Shown here one piece after another: positions 14,589-28,573 of a DNA stretch of 64,000 nt (its first letter is position 1; each line of letters begins with the position of its first letter). The DNA is from Octopus sinensis. Taxonomy: Eukaryota. The position numbers and the translations under genes were made by a program. A model generated the notes under the pieces. That model made no database searches. It worked only from the letters and a program-made list of their open reading frames with translations, and had not been told where the DNA came from. Location: the NCBI RefSeq assembly GCF_006345805.1, contig NC_043017.1, forward strand, positions 2,542,001 through 2,606,000. The letters run 5' to 3'.

Positions 14589-15269
14589 GTGATATTGTCG
14601 GTAATGCTGATCATGAGGAGGAGGGCAGTGAAGGCATTTATGGTAGTGGTGGTGGCAGCAGCGATGGTGGTGGTGGTGGTGCTGGTGGTGACTACGGGGA
14701 GGAGCGTCGGCGATTTATAATCTCATTATATTATTATTATCAGTAAAATGATCATAAAAGCCCCAAAATAACTGAAATAATTTAATTTGCTTGTTTAGAA
14801 AGGAACTTATCTATACAAATTGGGGGAATGGAATAGAATTGAGAAGAAAAAAAAAAAAGATACAAAACAGACAAAAAAAAAACTGGAAAAGGAAAAAAGA
14901 AACACGGAAACTCAACAAAATGGAAGAGAGCAGACGACACGGAGAAAAACAGTTTTTTTAGAAACAGCGGGAGTAAAAATGAATTAAAAAAATGGGAAAA
15001 TAAACGAATAAAAATATTTTTGTTGTATGCTATAGGAAAATGTACACAAAAAGAAAATAATTATGTTAGGAAAATATATTTGGTGTATCTATGCTATGGA
15101 CGAATTTTACAAAAGTAAACAAGTAAGTGTGTACGAGCGTTTGTGGTTGTTATGTCGGTTTTTCCAGTTTTATTTTTTAAACTTATTATCACCAGTAAGA
15201 GAGGCGCTTTACAATGGAGGAACATGGCTTTTTCATTGAAATTCAGACACAACCAAATAAGTGGTCATA

Positions 15270-15900
15270 TATGTATGTATGTGTGTATGTATGTATGTAT
15301 GTATGTATGTATGTATGTATGTATGTATGTATGTATGTATGTGTGTGTGTGTATGTATGTATGTATGTATGTATGTGCGGGGGGTGTATGTATGTGTGTA
15401 TGTATGTATTATGTATGTATGTATGTATGTATGTATGTATGTATGTATGTGCGGGTGTGTGTATGTATGTGTGTATGCATGTATGTATGTATGTATGTAT
15501 GTATACATGTATGTATGTATGTATGTATGTGCGCGTGTATGTATTTATGTATGTGCGCGTGTATGTATGTATGTATGTATGTAAATGTTTGTGCATGTGT
15601 GCATGTATGTATGTATCTGCGTGTTTGTGTATGAATGTGTGTATGTATATACCTACGTACGTATGCATATATGTACGTGCGCATGTATGTATGTATGTAT
15701 GCATGTATGTATGCAGATAGGTATGTAGGTAAGTAGGTAGTAGGTAGGTAGGTAGGTAGTAGGTAGGTAGGTAGGTAGGTAGGTAGGTTGGTAGGTAGGT
15801 TGGTAGGTGGGTGGGTTCGTAGGTAGGTAGGTGGGTAGGTAGGTTGGTATGTATATGTATATGTGTAATTATACATGTATATATGTAAGTATGTATATAC
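15270..15900. repeat. (TATG)n then (TAGG)n microsatellite
   Basis: Visible tetranucleotide arrays. Confidence 0.92.
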
Positions 15901-15938
15901 GAATGAATGGATATATGCATGCACACATCTAAATATGC

Positions 15939-16398
15939 GCGTGGCTGTGTGGTAAGAAGCTTGCTTCCCAACCACATAGTTCCGGGTTCAGTTCCATCCC
16001 ATAGCACTTGGGTGTTTTTCAATATAGCCTCGGGTCGACCAAAGCCTTGTGAGTGGATTTGGTGAACGGAAACTGAAAGAAGCCCGTCGTACATACCTAC
16101 ACATGCATGTGTGTGTGAGGGTGTGTATGTGTATGTGCGTGTGTGTGTGTGCGTGTGGGTGTGTCTTTCTTTCTGTGTTGGTTGCCTCCCAACCCACTAC
16201 TACCACCACCACCACCACCACTATTTGACACCCAGTTGTGGTTTGTTTACGTCCTCGTAACTTAGTGGTTCGGCAAAAATGGCCAATAGAATGCTAGGCG
16301 TCGACACAGAAGTACTGAGGTCAAATGGTTCGACTTAAATTCTTGAAGGTGGTGCCCCAGCATGGCCGCTGACTAATGACTGAAACAAGCATAAAGGT
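15939..16398 (+). mobile_element. SINE family B, full length
   Basis: gcgtggctgtgtggtaagaagcttgcttcccaacc ... gactgaaacaag. Confidence 0.85.
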
Positions 16399-16412
16399 AA
16401 ATGGTACGTCTC

Positions 16413-16460
<48 letters not shown>

Positions 16461-16482
16461 CGTATGTGTGTATGGTGAAGAC

Positions 16483-16832
16483 ACGTGGCTCAGTGGTTTG
16501 AGCGTCAGGTTCACAATCTTGATGTAGTGAGTTCGATTCCCGGACTGGGCCGGACTGTGCGTTACCTTATTGAGCAAGACACCTTATTTCCGCATTGGTC
16601 CAGTTCACTCAGCCGTAAAACTGAGTTGCGAGTGACGTCACTGGTGCCAAGCTGTTTCGGCCCCTTTGCCTCTCCCTTGGACTACATCAGTGGTATGGAA
16701 AGAGGAGAGGCTGGTATGCATGGGCGTCTGCTGGTCCTCCAAAAAACAACCTTCACCGGACTTGTGCTTCGTAGGGGAACTTCCAAAGTGCAATCCCATG
16801 GTCATTCATGACCGAAGGAGGTCTTTACCCTT
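16483..16832 (+). mobile_element. tRNA-derived SINE family D
   Basis: A-box gtggctcagtgg and B-box gttcgattccc; the 3' part (tatgcatgggcg...cattcatgaccgaagg) recurs at 18190-18352 (-), about 30280-30418 (-) and 32047-32190 (+). Confidence 0.75.
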
Positions 16833-17556
16833 TTGTTTGTGTAATTATGTATCAGATATTCTCTATATGGAATACACTTGTTATGCTCAAGAGGTTTAAA
16901 CTTGAGCGGGTAGAAAAACAAATGTATGGTTAAGCGAGTTAGGCAGGTCGATATATAAAGTTTATTCTTTTCTACTCTATGCACAAGGCCCGAAATTTTG
17001 AGGGGAGGGGCCAGTCGATTAGATCGACCCCAGTACGCAACTAGTACTTAATTTATCGACCCCGAAAAGTAATAAGATTATATCTTAGTACCCTAGCCTA
17101 TCTTAATACTATTAATACTTAATACATATAACTGATCAAATTTAAGCTACTTTTGAGTACCCTTACTTCTAACAACAGATATTGATGATTCTAATTTTAT
17201 ATAATTTATATTTTATGTAATTGAATTTGATAATTTTATTCAATTTGCTTCGAGTCTTGGCTAATATTTTTATGATATTTGCTTCATTCTCCTTAGTTAT
17301 GACCTTTTTGATTCTTTATAATTTGTTATAATCCTATTAATTCTTTTAACATTTGTTAACATTTATAGCCTTTATAATTCTCAATAGTTCTTAGAAATAC
17401 TTGCAAAATTTTCTTAATACTCTCCATAATTTTAAATTATTACAATAATAATCTAGCCTATGAACTGAATCTACATGATTTCAATTGAGTTGCTATATTT
17501 CCAATAATATTTTGGCAATAATGTCTGATAAAAACTTTGAAATTCATTGTTTTGTA

Positions 17557-18575
17557 TGCATGCATCCGTGCATGCATACATACATACATACATACATACA
17601 TACATACATACATACATACATACATACATACATGCATGCATGCATGCATACATACATACATACATACATACATACATACATACATACATACATACATGCA
17701 TACATACATACATACATACATACATACATGCATGCATACATACATACATACATACATACATAATACATACATACATACACATACATACATGCATGCATAC
17801 ATACATACATACATACATACATACATACATACATACATACATACATGCATGCATACATACATACTACATACATACATACATACATACATACATACATGCA
17901 TACATACATACATACATACATACATACATACATACATACATACATACATGCATGCATGCATACATACATACATACATACATACATACATACATGCATGCA
18001 TGCATGCATACATACATACATACATACATACATACATACATACATACATACATACATACATACATACATACATGCAACAATATCCTGTTGATGTTGAAAT
18101 TCCAAGGAATGAGCCTTGGATGTAGGTTAGAAACCGGCTCTTTCTCCATTGGCAAGAAACCTTGAAATAAAACTGAATAATGACATTCATGCTGAGACCC
18201 GACATCCTTCGGTCATGACTGACCATGGGATTGCACCAAGAAAGTTACCCTCCCAGGCACAACTCCGAGCAAAGTTGTTTATGGAAGTCCAGCAATCGCC
18301 CATGCATACCGGCCTCTCCTCTCTACTCCACCAGTGTTATCCAAGGGAAAAGCAATATATACATACATACACACATACATACATACATACATACACACAT
18401 ACATACATACATACATACATACATACATACATACATACACCATACATACGTACATGCATACATACATGCATACATACATACATGCATACATACATACTCA
18501 CATACATACATACAAACATACATACATACATGCATACATGCATACATACATACATATACATACATACATATACAC
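17557..18575. repeat. Two (CATA)n arrays separated by repeat fragments, including a SINE-D 3' part at 18190-18352 (-)
   Basis: Visible arrays at 17557-18075 and 18355-18575. Confidence 0.88.
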
Positions 18576-19205
18576 ACGTGTGTGTGTGTGTGTTGTTTGG
18601 TTCTTTAATATCGTTTAACCATGAGTATCTATGTGTCGATGTATTTATACGTTTTATTGTGAATAGCATTTGTATTATCCATCTCCCACCTTCTGTATTC
18701 TCAACCAATTTTCTTCAACCGCGTCATGTAAATTCTACGAACAAGAATCTTTCTGTAAAATTCGAAATTTTGCTACAGTGACAAATGTTGTTACTTTATC
18801 AATATAGTTTTCTAAAACGAGCGTTAACCTATGAATAGTTGAATAGTTACGTTTATACAAGAACGAAACTGAGATAACATCGATTTAATCCAAATTTTAA
18901 CACTTCACGTTCCTTACTAGCTATTTAACTAGACATATCTGTTAATATTCTCAGTGCGAAAGAGGAACCGATGGAGATAAGAAATATTCCTGAATGTTAA
19001 GATTAGCACTATGCTCTCGAAATAGTGGTGATGCAGAGATAAGAATCAGATAAAATGAAAATTGAAGAAGAAAATATAAAGATACTTAGAAGGTGTGGAA
19101 AGAATGACTGCTACGAGATATTTATACAGGAGGTTGGCTTCGATGGAGAGGATGAGTGGTCGTGTAATCAGAGGGAACCAATTTATACACAAATATAGGA
19201 TTTAA

Positions 19206-19575
19206 ATGACTCGGGAAGAAAAGTGAGAGTCAGGAAAACAAGGAGTGATGTACCAACAGAGTGAGGTTACGGGGTAAAGAAAAACACGCAATGATGTACC
19301 AAGAGAATACAAATACGTGACTCGCATGACTCGAGCAGAAAAGTGAGAGTCAGAGAACACGGAGTGATGAACCAGTGTGAAGTTACAAGATCAAAAAACA
19401 TGCAATGATGTACCGACAGAATACAAATATATGACTCACAATGAGAGTTAAAAGTCAAAAAATGCGGAATGACATGAGTCAGAGAACAAAATATGGTGTA
19501 CTACTCACAGCCGGGAAATATGACTCACGGAAAGATTATAGAGTCAGAAAAGACGGACTCGTGTACCAACAAAGT
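19206..19575. repeat. Degenerate tandem repeat, period about 120 bp, rich in TGACTC/GAGTCA
   Basis: atgactcg...gaaaagtgagagtcag at 19206 and 19326; further decayed units follow. Confidence 0.7.
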
Positions 19576-19781
19576 AAAGGTACATAATGGTTTAAAATTT
19601 AGGCTTACGGGTAGCTTTTTAGTGGTGGGGTATGTCGATTGCATCAACTCCGTACTTGACTGGTATTCTATTTTATCGATCACCAAATGACGAAAAGCAA
19701 GGTCGATCTCGGCGAAACTGAACTCAGAGCACTAAAATGTACTCGTCTTTTAAAGAAATACGTAAGTATTGGGACCTTCCA

Positions 19782-20364
19782 AGGCGGTGCCCCAGAATGG
19801 CCGCAGCCCAATGAGTGAAACAAGTAAAGGGTAAAAGATTCAACCAGATACTGCGACAGCCTGGTTTGGGATTCAAGGCCACCACACAAGCTGTTCAATA
19901 TCTTGCCAAATATCCGGAGAGAGCTGCATGATGTGGATGTAGGTGTCTTCAAAAAGAAAAAAAGAAAAACAACCCTGGATCTCCTCCTGTCAAGAATTCC
20001 GAATGAATCTACCTCAAGGCAAGAATCGCAGGTGAGGGCAACAACATAAAACTCACTCAATCGCCAATTGCTACGTTTCAAGTTGTGAAGGTGTAGTAAC
20101 GCTAACGGTAGTGCTCCAGCGTGACCGCACCCCAATGAGTGAAACAAGTAGAAAACAAAAGATTAAATATAAGGACCAGATACTGCGCTAGCTTGGGTTT
20201 CCAGCGCCCCACAGCTCTTCAGCACCCTCCCAGCTGGCCTGAGTGACCTGCATGGAGTGGGTGCAAGTGTCTTTAAAACAAAACTAGATCTCCCCCTGTC
20301 AAAGATTTCCGATGAATCGACCCCAAGGCAAGAACCGCAGGTGAGGGCAGCAACATCAACTCAA
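19782..20364 (+). mobile_element. Head-to-tail CR1-type LINE 3' fragments (period about 330 bp)
   Basis: Two units both starting accagatactgcg (19843, 20176), homologous to the C-terminal region RYCNSLGFRGPQLFNILP...PDEPTSRQE of the LINE at 45279-45638, separated by the LINE tail. Confidence 0.8.
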
Positions 20365-20365
20365 T

Positions 20366-20548
20366 GGAGGCGCAATGGCCCAGTGGTTAGGGCAGCGGAC
20401 TCGCGGTCGTAAGAACGCGGTTTCGATTCCCAGACCGGGCATTGTGTGTGTTTACTGAGCAAAAACACCTAAGCTCCACGAGGCTCCGGCGGGTGGGGGT
20501 GAACCCCGCTGTACCCTTTCACCACAATTTTATCTCACTCTTTCTTCC
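20366..20548 (+). mobile_element. tRNA(Arg)-like-headed SINE family E, 5' part
   Basis: ggaggcgcaatggcccagtggttagggcagcggactcgcggtcg...tttcgattccc; TCG at the anticodon position. Confidence 0.8.
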
Positions 20549-20594
20549 TACTTCCGGGCAGACAGTTAAACAGATAGAGATAGATGCATGGATA

Positions 20595-20629
<35 letters not shown>

Positions 20630-20646
20630 ATAGATAGACAGACTGT

Positions 20647-20735
<89 letters not shown>

Positions 20736-21266
20736 CCGGCGAATGAATACAAATGGATTGATAGAGAGATGAAGAAAAAATAAGAAAAAAGAGCGAGAAA
20801 AGAAAGGCTGGGGGTTGCTGATCCCCTATCGGAAACACTAGCATGGTACAGTCCAGAAAACCATTTATCATCACAACCACCACCACCACCACCACCACCA
20901 CCACCGCCGCCGCCACCACCACCACCACCACCACCACACCACCGTCACGGCCACCGCCGCCGTCATCTCAGCCATTCCCATCGAATCGTTTTCGGTTGAT
21001 TTTTATGCGCCAAAATGAACTCATTAGGGCACCATTCATTGTTGTAACGGAGCAGCGTGCCGCCGCTGCCGCCGCTGCCGCCTTCATCATCATCATTACC
21101 ATTACCACCACCACCACCACCTCCTTCTCTTCCACTGCTACAACTATTTTGACTGAGGCTGCAGAATTCGGAACATGCATAGAAGAGTCCCAGAACCGAC
21201 GCGCGCGCACGCGTGTGTTGTTGCTGGTTAAGAAACTATGAAATATATACATGCATATATTTTTGC

Positions 21267-21670
21267 AGGCGTGGCTGTGTGGTAAGAAGCTCGCTTCCCA
21301 ACCACATAGTTGCAGGTTCAATCCCACTTCGTGGCACCTTGGGCAAGTGTTCTGCTAAAGCGTTGCGCGTGGATTTGGTAGACGGAAAATGAAAGAAGCC
21401 TGTCGTATATAAATATATATATATATATATATATGGGGGGAGGGGTGTATTTGTGTATCTGTGTTTGTAGCCCCACCACCACCGTCATCGCTTGACAACC
21501 GATGCTGGTGTATTTATGTCCGCGAAACTTAGCGGTTCGGCAAAAAGAGACCGATAGAACAAGTACAAGGCTTACAACAAAATAAGTCCTGGGGTCGATT
21601 TCTTCGACTAAAATCCCTTTAAGGCGGTGCTCCAGCATGGCCGCAGTCAAATGCCTGAAGACAAGTAAAT
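21267..21670 (+). mobile_element. SINE family B, full length
   Basis: Collinear with the other B copies. Confidence 0.87.
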
Positions 21671-21671
21671 G

Positions 21672-21704
<33 letters not shown>

Positions 21705-21904
21705 TCCTTCTTTGATTATGTTATGTGATATGCATCCCCGACTCTCTTTTTTTTCCTGTTGTTATGAAGGCTGTGGGCTGTGAATGGAGGGAGATTTTAA
21801 CTGTTATTTCTTGCACTTCAAGAGACTAGCTCTCCCGTCCGGCGGAGTGGACATGCACAGCACCCTAACATGTACAACGGATACACTGATACGGTGCTTC
21901 CAGT

Positions 21905-21951
<47 letters not shown>

Positions 21952-22086
21952 AGAAAGACAGACAGACAGACAGACAGACAGAGAGACAGAGAGAAAAGGA
22001 GAAAGAAAAAGAGAGAAAACGGGATAGACATATCGTTTCTATTACACTCGCTCTTCCTATTACACACACACACATTCACTCTCATC

Positions 22087-22127
<41 letters not shown>

Positions 22128-22658
22128 TCTCTTCCTCTCATTCCCTTCGCAATTTCCCTCAGCCCACCCCCTCCGCCTGTTATCCTTACCTTCTCTTTCT
22201 CCACTGTTGCTTCTCCTCTTTCAATGTTATTCTTCCTTTTTTCTCTTTCTCTCCTCCCTAATTACTCTCTCTCTCTCTCTCTCTCTCCGTCTCTCTTCCT
22301 CCTCCTACATCTCACACTCTGTTATACTCCCTCTGTTTCTCTCCGCTCGGCTCCCCCCTCTCTATATCCATCTAAACTCTCCTCTCTTTCGATTTTCCGT
22401 AGAACCTCCATTCCGTGAACGCTTATTCCGACAGCAACAGCAACAACAAACATGCTCCACATTCAGACAAACGAGCCAATGGCTGGCCTCTATGGGGGGT
22501 CATTCAATATGCTAGAAACAGCAGCCGCATCTCTCAAATCACACACCGTCTCGGAACTGAACGTCACCACATTGCATAACGTAGTCCCTGATGGTCATAG
22601 CTAGAATGGCTTTGATCATAAGTGTACTAGGTCAAAGCTGACCTGTGGCTAAACACCA

Positions 22659-22689
<31 letters not shown>

Positions 22690-22745
22690 CTGTAAAAACA
22701 CACAAACATACTGATACATACATACTTACACATAAATACACAGGT

Positions 22746-23149
22746 GCAGGAGTGGCTGTGTGGTAAGTAGCTTGCTTACCAACCACATCGTTCCGGGTTC
22801 AACCCCACTGCGTGGCACGTGGGGCAAGTGTCTTCTACTATAGCCTCGGGCCGACCAAAGCCTTGTGAGTTGATTTGGTAGACGGAAACTGAAAGAAGCC
22901 CGTCGTATACATGTACATATATATATATTTGTGTGTGTATATATTTGTGTGTCCGTGTTTGTCCCTCCAACATCGCTTGACAACCGATGCTGGTGTGTTT
23001 ACGTCCCCGTAACTTAGCGGTTCGGCAAAAGAGTGCGATAGAATAAGTACTGAGCTTACAAAGAATAAGTCCTTGGGGGTCGATTTGGTCGACTAAATGG
23101 CGGTGCTCCAGCATGGCCACAGGCAATTGACTGAAACAAGTAAAAGAGA
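22746..23149 (+). mobile_element. SINE family B, full length
   Basis: Collinear with the other B copies. Confidence 0.88.
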
Positions 23150-23307
23150 AATACACACACGCACATGCACAGCAAACACAAATAGTTATACGGAGACAAA
23201 CATACACACACATTGGCACACACACACACACATATATAAACACATACGAGTCAGCACACCAACACACACGCACGCACACACACACGCGTGGCCACATGCA
23301 CGCATGC

Positions 23308-23342
<35 letters not shown>

Positions 23343-23795
23343 AGACTCAGCCAAACATACAGACACAGTACAATCGCTGAATTATCACAAAGCTATTAAC
23401 ATCATTTTTTGGGCTACAAACATGAAAACAATAAAATACAGATGGCTCCAGAGCTGCTGCCGCCGCCTCCACTTTCAGACTTACCACCATCATGGCTACT
23501 ACCAGCCCTTATGAGCCGACGAAGGAGCCGCCTGCCTCTAAGTGGTCGCTCCAACTTCTAGAAATAGCAGTTAAATCTGCTTCATGCTCTGTATTAACAC
23601 TCTGCTGTCTGATGAAATAAAAGAAAATAATAAAAATAATAAAACGGACACATTGGTTGAATATATATATATGTGGTGCTAGGTTCCCAGTGCATACGGG
23701 GGGAGGGGAAGACGGGAGGGTCACGGTCGGAATATTCGGTCAGGACTGACCCGCGGCTAAACAACTAGCAACACTACTACTACTACCACTATCAA

Positions 23796-23839
<44 letters not shown>

Positions 23840-23870
23840 TTTCTACTACTACTACTACTACCACTACCAA

Positions 23871-23916
<46 letters not shown>

Positions 23917-24454
23917 GCCGCCGCCGCCGCCACCACCTTCTCCACCATCTCCCTCACACTCCACCACCTTGAAACATAGGATGTGGTCCTAGCAACAGTA
24001 TATCTGGAAAAAAAACAACAAAAATGCAAGGTGTGATGGTCACGGTGAGCATGTCTTACATCATAGGGTAGGTTGCTGATGAGAGAGAATGATGGAATTG
24101 GTGGGGTGTGGGGAGGTGGGCTGTTAAACAAACACCAAACGAACACTAGTAGTGCAGCCACCAACACCGCAAATACCACCACCAACACCACCACCACCAC
24201 CACCACCACCTCCGCCTCCGCCTTCACAACCACGGCGACCGCCACCGCCACCACCACTGCCGCCACCACCACCGCCACCGCCACCAGCCTGTCAGTCCTT
24301 CTGCCGCTAATTGCAATAGCACCCAATGTTATTAATAACATCACCACCCACCCCTCACCCTGGCCCTGCCCCCCCACCCCACACGCCTCCTTGTAATTCT
24401 CCGTGTTTCTGCTACACACACACAAAAGGACTGATGAGGAATGGCAAGAGGGAT

Positions 24455-24492
<38 letters not shown>

Positions 24493-24812
24493 GGCATCGA
24501 TAGAGACATATTTATAGAGTGAGTGAAGAGAAGAGGTGAGAGGAAGATAAATAAAGAGGCAGAGAGAGAGAGAGGGGGAGAGATGAGAAAGATGGCAGCG
24601 AAAGACATCGAAGTGAGAAAGTGACACGGAAAGATAGAGAGAAATATAGGAGTGAGTGAAGAAGAGAAAGAAAGATATAGAAGTGAAAGAGGGAAAGAAA
24701 AAGAGAAATATAAAATTGAGTAAGAGAGAAAAAGAGAGAGATAGTGAGAGAGACAGAAATATAGACGTGAGAAAGAATGAGCGAGACAAAAAATATAGAA
24801 GTGATATAGGAG

Positions 24813-25425
24813 AGAGAGAGAAGGCAATAGAGAAAGACAGAGAGAGACAGAGAAAAGTAGAAGTGATAGAAGGAGAGATGGGAATATAGACGAGAGAGAA
24901 GGCAATAGAGAAAGACAGAGAGAGACAGAGAAAAGTAGAAGTGATAGAAGGAGAGATGGGAATATAGACGAGAGAGAAGGCAATAGAGAAAGATAGAGAG
25001 AGAGAGAGAAAAGCAGAAGTGATAGAAGGAGAGATGAGAATATAGACGAGAGAGAAGGCAATAGAGAAAGACAGAGAGAGACAGAGAAAAGTAGAAGTGA
25101 TAGAAGGAGAGATGGGAATATAGACGAGAGAGAAGGCAATAGAGAAAGACAGAGAGAGACAGAGAAAAGTAGAAGTGATAGAAGGAGAGATGGGAATATA
25201 GACGAGAGAGAAGGCAATAGAGAAAGACAGAGGACAGAAAAAGAGAATGAGAAAAGTAGAAGTGTAGAAGGAGAGATGGAAATATAGAGACGAGAGAGAA
25301 GGCAATAGAGAAGATAGAGAGAGAGAGAGAGAAAAGTAGAAGTGATAGAAGGAGAGATGGGAATATAGACGAGAGAGAAGGCAATAGAGAAAGATAGAGA
25401 GAGAGAGAGAAAAGCAGAAGTGATG
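24813..25425. repeat. 78-bp purine-rich minisatellite, about 8 units
   Basis: aaggcaatag recurs at 24821, 24899, 24977, 25055, 25133, 25211, 25299 and 25378. Confidence 0.92.
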
Positions 25426-25709
25426 GAGTGGATGAAAACGAAAGGAAGAAAAAAAGAAACTCCGAGCCGAGTTTTAGCAATGCTATTATCCAAACCCGTC
25501 GTTGCACGCTTTATAATGAGTTGCTGTTAATATCTTCCACGTCTGCCTTACTATTATAGTTTAAATACACACTCTCTCACATATCTATAAACACCTACAG
25601 ACACACACACACACTCATCTATCTATATACAAGTACAGACACACCACAATATCTATCTATCTATATATATATACCTACACACACACACTTCGTACATAGA
25701 TTCACTCAC

Positions 25710-25753
<44 letters not shown>

Positions 25754-26301
25754 ATATATATATGCGTATGAGTGTGTGTGTGTGTTAATTATGCTAATAT
25801 AACAAGCACTTGTTTTCGCTTTTTATCTCCCCCTCATCTTCGCCAACTTCCATTAGAGACGGTTTTTGCCATTCGCTCTGAATTCCTACCCTGATTAGCT
25901 GTAGCTGTGAATACTGGAGAATGAAAGGGAAGTTATATATTTGTTAATCTACTTAACTAAGCCTGTTTAGCACCTTAAAACCAACCTAAAACTCTCTGAA
26001 CGATTGCCAAAGGTGAAAGAAATAAGAGAAAACGGAACGAGGTACTTCGACATAATCATTACAATAAGTTGTTATCGCCACAACAAACCATAAAAGCTGG
26101 ACTGCTTTCTATGTTTTATTATACAAGCAAGATAATGATTAGACTATTAATTATACCCTGGTTTTAACTCGCATTAACTCTAACAAACAGCAGGACCAAA
26201 CGCTTTCAGGAACAACAATTACGTTTGCGATTCAGTGAAGTAACTTCACGCGGTTACATGGCTTGCTAGAAACAGCAGTCGAATCACAGCCTACCATCAT
26301 A

Positions 26302-26364
<63 letters not shown>

Positions 26365-27062
26365 CAAATGGATCTTCTGAAGAAATAAAAAGGGAGTACA
26401 TTGGATTGTGTAGTCCTGGATGTATTTTGCCTGAAACAAACAAAAAACAAGACGGGACCGGGACACTTTGATCATCCATAGGTCTGTCCTGTTCAGCTCA
26501 GAACTGACCTAAACGATAACAACAGCTATATATATACATACATATATATATATATTATAATTGATATAACCAGCTATTATTAATTACAATAAGATTAACG
26601 GAGGAGAGAGGTCGATGACAAACGGAGTTAAAATAACGGAAAATCAAATTCTACATTGAAAAACAAACTCAGGACAAAAATAAACACAAATAACAATAAT
26701 AATAAAAACAAAAAAACGGTTTCTTTTAAACTATAAATGCAATCGTAAAGTGTTTATACATTATATATATAATGCCATGCTTTGTTGCAGAAGGATATAA
26801 CGGGTGTGGAAGATACCCATAGATACAGATATATATATACGATTGTATATATTTGAATCCTATTTGATATCTACGTACATATGATCAGCGCCTACCGTCA
26901 ATTCACAGGTATTTTATATCACAGGTATGCTATATAGATTGTCTTTTTATCTCTTATGTTTTTCGATGCTTATTTGTCTATATACCCGTATCTGCATTTG
27001 TATATAAATGTCAGTATATATATATATACGAGAGTGATGTTTTTGTGTAAGCATGTTTTAAG

Positions 27063-27118
<56 letters not shown>

Positions 27119-27717
27119 ATTTCTAGCTTTCTGACCCCTCCCAGGTCAGACCTGATGAAACAGATCTTTGGTTAAAGCAGCTTGACCAATTCCGTTAGTT
27201 ATTCTAAGACTGGTCTTTCTTCTTTTCTTAAGCCGTAATGTTGTCATGCGAAGATTTCGCTGTTATTTCTAGCAAGCGCTTGAAGGCTTCCTCTTTTTCG
27301 TCGATTGTGTTTCTGAAGATATTAGTGATCGCTTTTAAAACCATTTGGCTGTTATTATGGCACAGCTTCGTGTAATCTTCGATCCAACAAACCTACGAGC
27401 AAAGACATTCTTGCCGTGACCACCTCGTATTTTCTCCCAAACGTAAAACAAGCATCAAGTATTACATAACATGTATTTCGTGTTATATTTGTTCTTCTCT
27501 TGACCCCGACCAGCCCCTCTTTGAGCAGATCTCTGGTTATACAGACCTACTATCTGGTGCCAAACCATCTTTTCGCTCAAACGGTAAACATCTGCGACTG
27601 CACTGGTCAATGTTATTTTATATTTTAAGATCCTAAGATGTGATTTTAGAATGAGATTTGGTTTCTATTTCTAGCAGGTCAAATCCTGCTCTCTGTTTGT
27701 CTATCATTGTCTCTCTT

Positions 27718-27777
<60 letters not shown>

Positions 27778-27789
27778 TGTATCATTAGT

Positions 27790-28147
27790 TATTTACTTGT
27801 TCCAGACATTGGACTGCGGCCACGCTGGAGCACTGCTTTGAAGAGTTTGGTCGAACAAATTAACCCCAATACTATTTTTCTAAGTGTGGTGTTTATTTTT
27901 TTCTTCTGCCGAACTGCTAAGTTACAGAGAGGTAAATAAACCAACGCCAGCGGTGGTGGTCGTGGTGGGCAAACATAAACACACTCATACACACACACGT
28001 GATATTCTTTCAGTTTACTAAATCCACTCACGTGGCTTTCATCGGCCCAGGGCTATAGTAAAGAGAGCTTGGCCAAAATGCCACTCTATGGAACCGAACC
28101 CAAGACCCCAGTTTGGCAAACAAACGCCTTAAGCCCAGAGCTACACC
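27790..28147 (-). mobile_element. SINE family B, diverged
   Basis: Reverse complement of the B tail (ttacttgttccag...gctggagcac) through to the head. Confidence 0.7.
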
Positions 28148-28573
28148 TTTACTTACTTAAATTCAAGATTTTTTTTTATCGACCCCAGAATACTGAGAAC
28201 AAACTTGACTGCCGAGCTATTTGAACTCTGAACTAAACAACCGTATTTAAATTTGTCCGATATCGATAATGATTTCGTAATTCGTTGATAACCGATTGAA
28301 TTGATCTCAGTACTTGACTGGTACTTTATCGATTTTTGGCAAAATTCTTCTACACATGTGTGCATGTAACTTGGCTTCTGTGTGTGTGTGCGTGTCTGCA
28401 AATGTAATAAGTATGTTTCGAGTTTGTTTTCTTAGCCCTGGCTGTCTTTTAAATGTTTGTGTGTGTCTGTGTGTACATACACTCATGGAAACACTCTCAC
28501 AAACACACACACATACACATGCACACTCACTTTCTCTCTCTCTCTCTCTCTCGCACACACACACACTTATGCA

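Noticed and set aside
24813-25425. Regularly spaced repeat, CRISPR-like periodicity
   Set aside because: Whole units repeat with no unique spacers, no cas genes, and eukaryotic context.
23757-25507. 578-aa ORF with 26-aa repeats, resembling a repeat or membrane protein
   Set aside because: All three minus frames are open because the strand is C/T-only; explained by the 78-bp minisatellite and triplet repeats.
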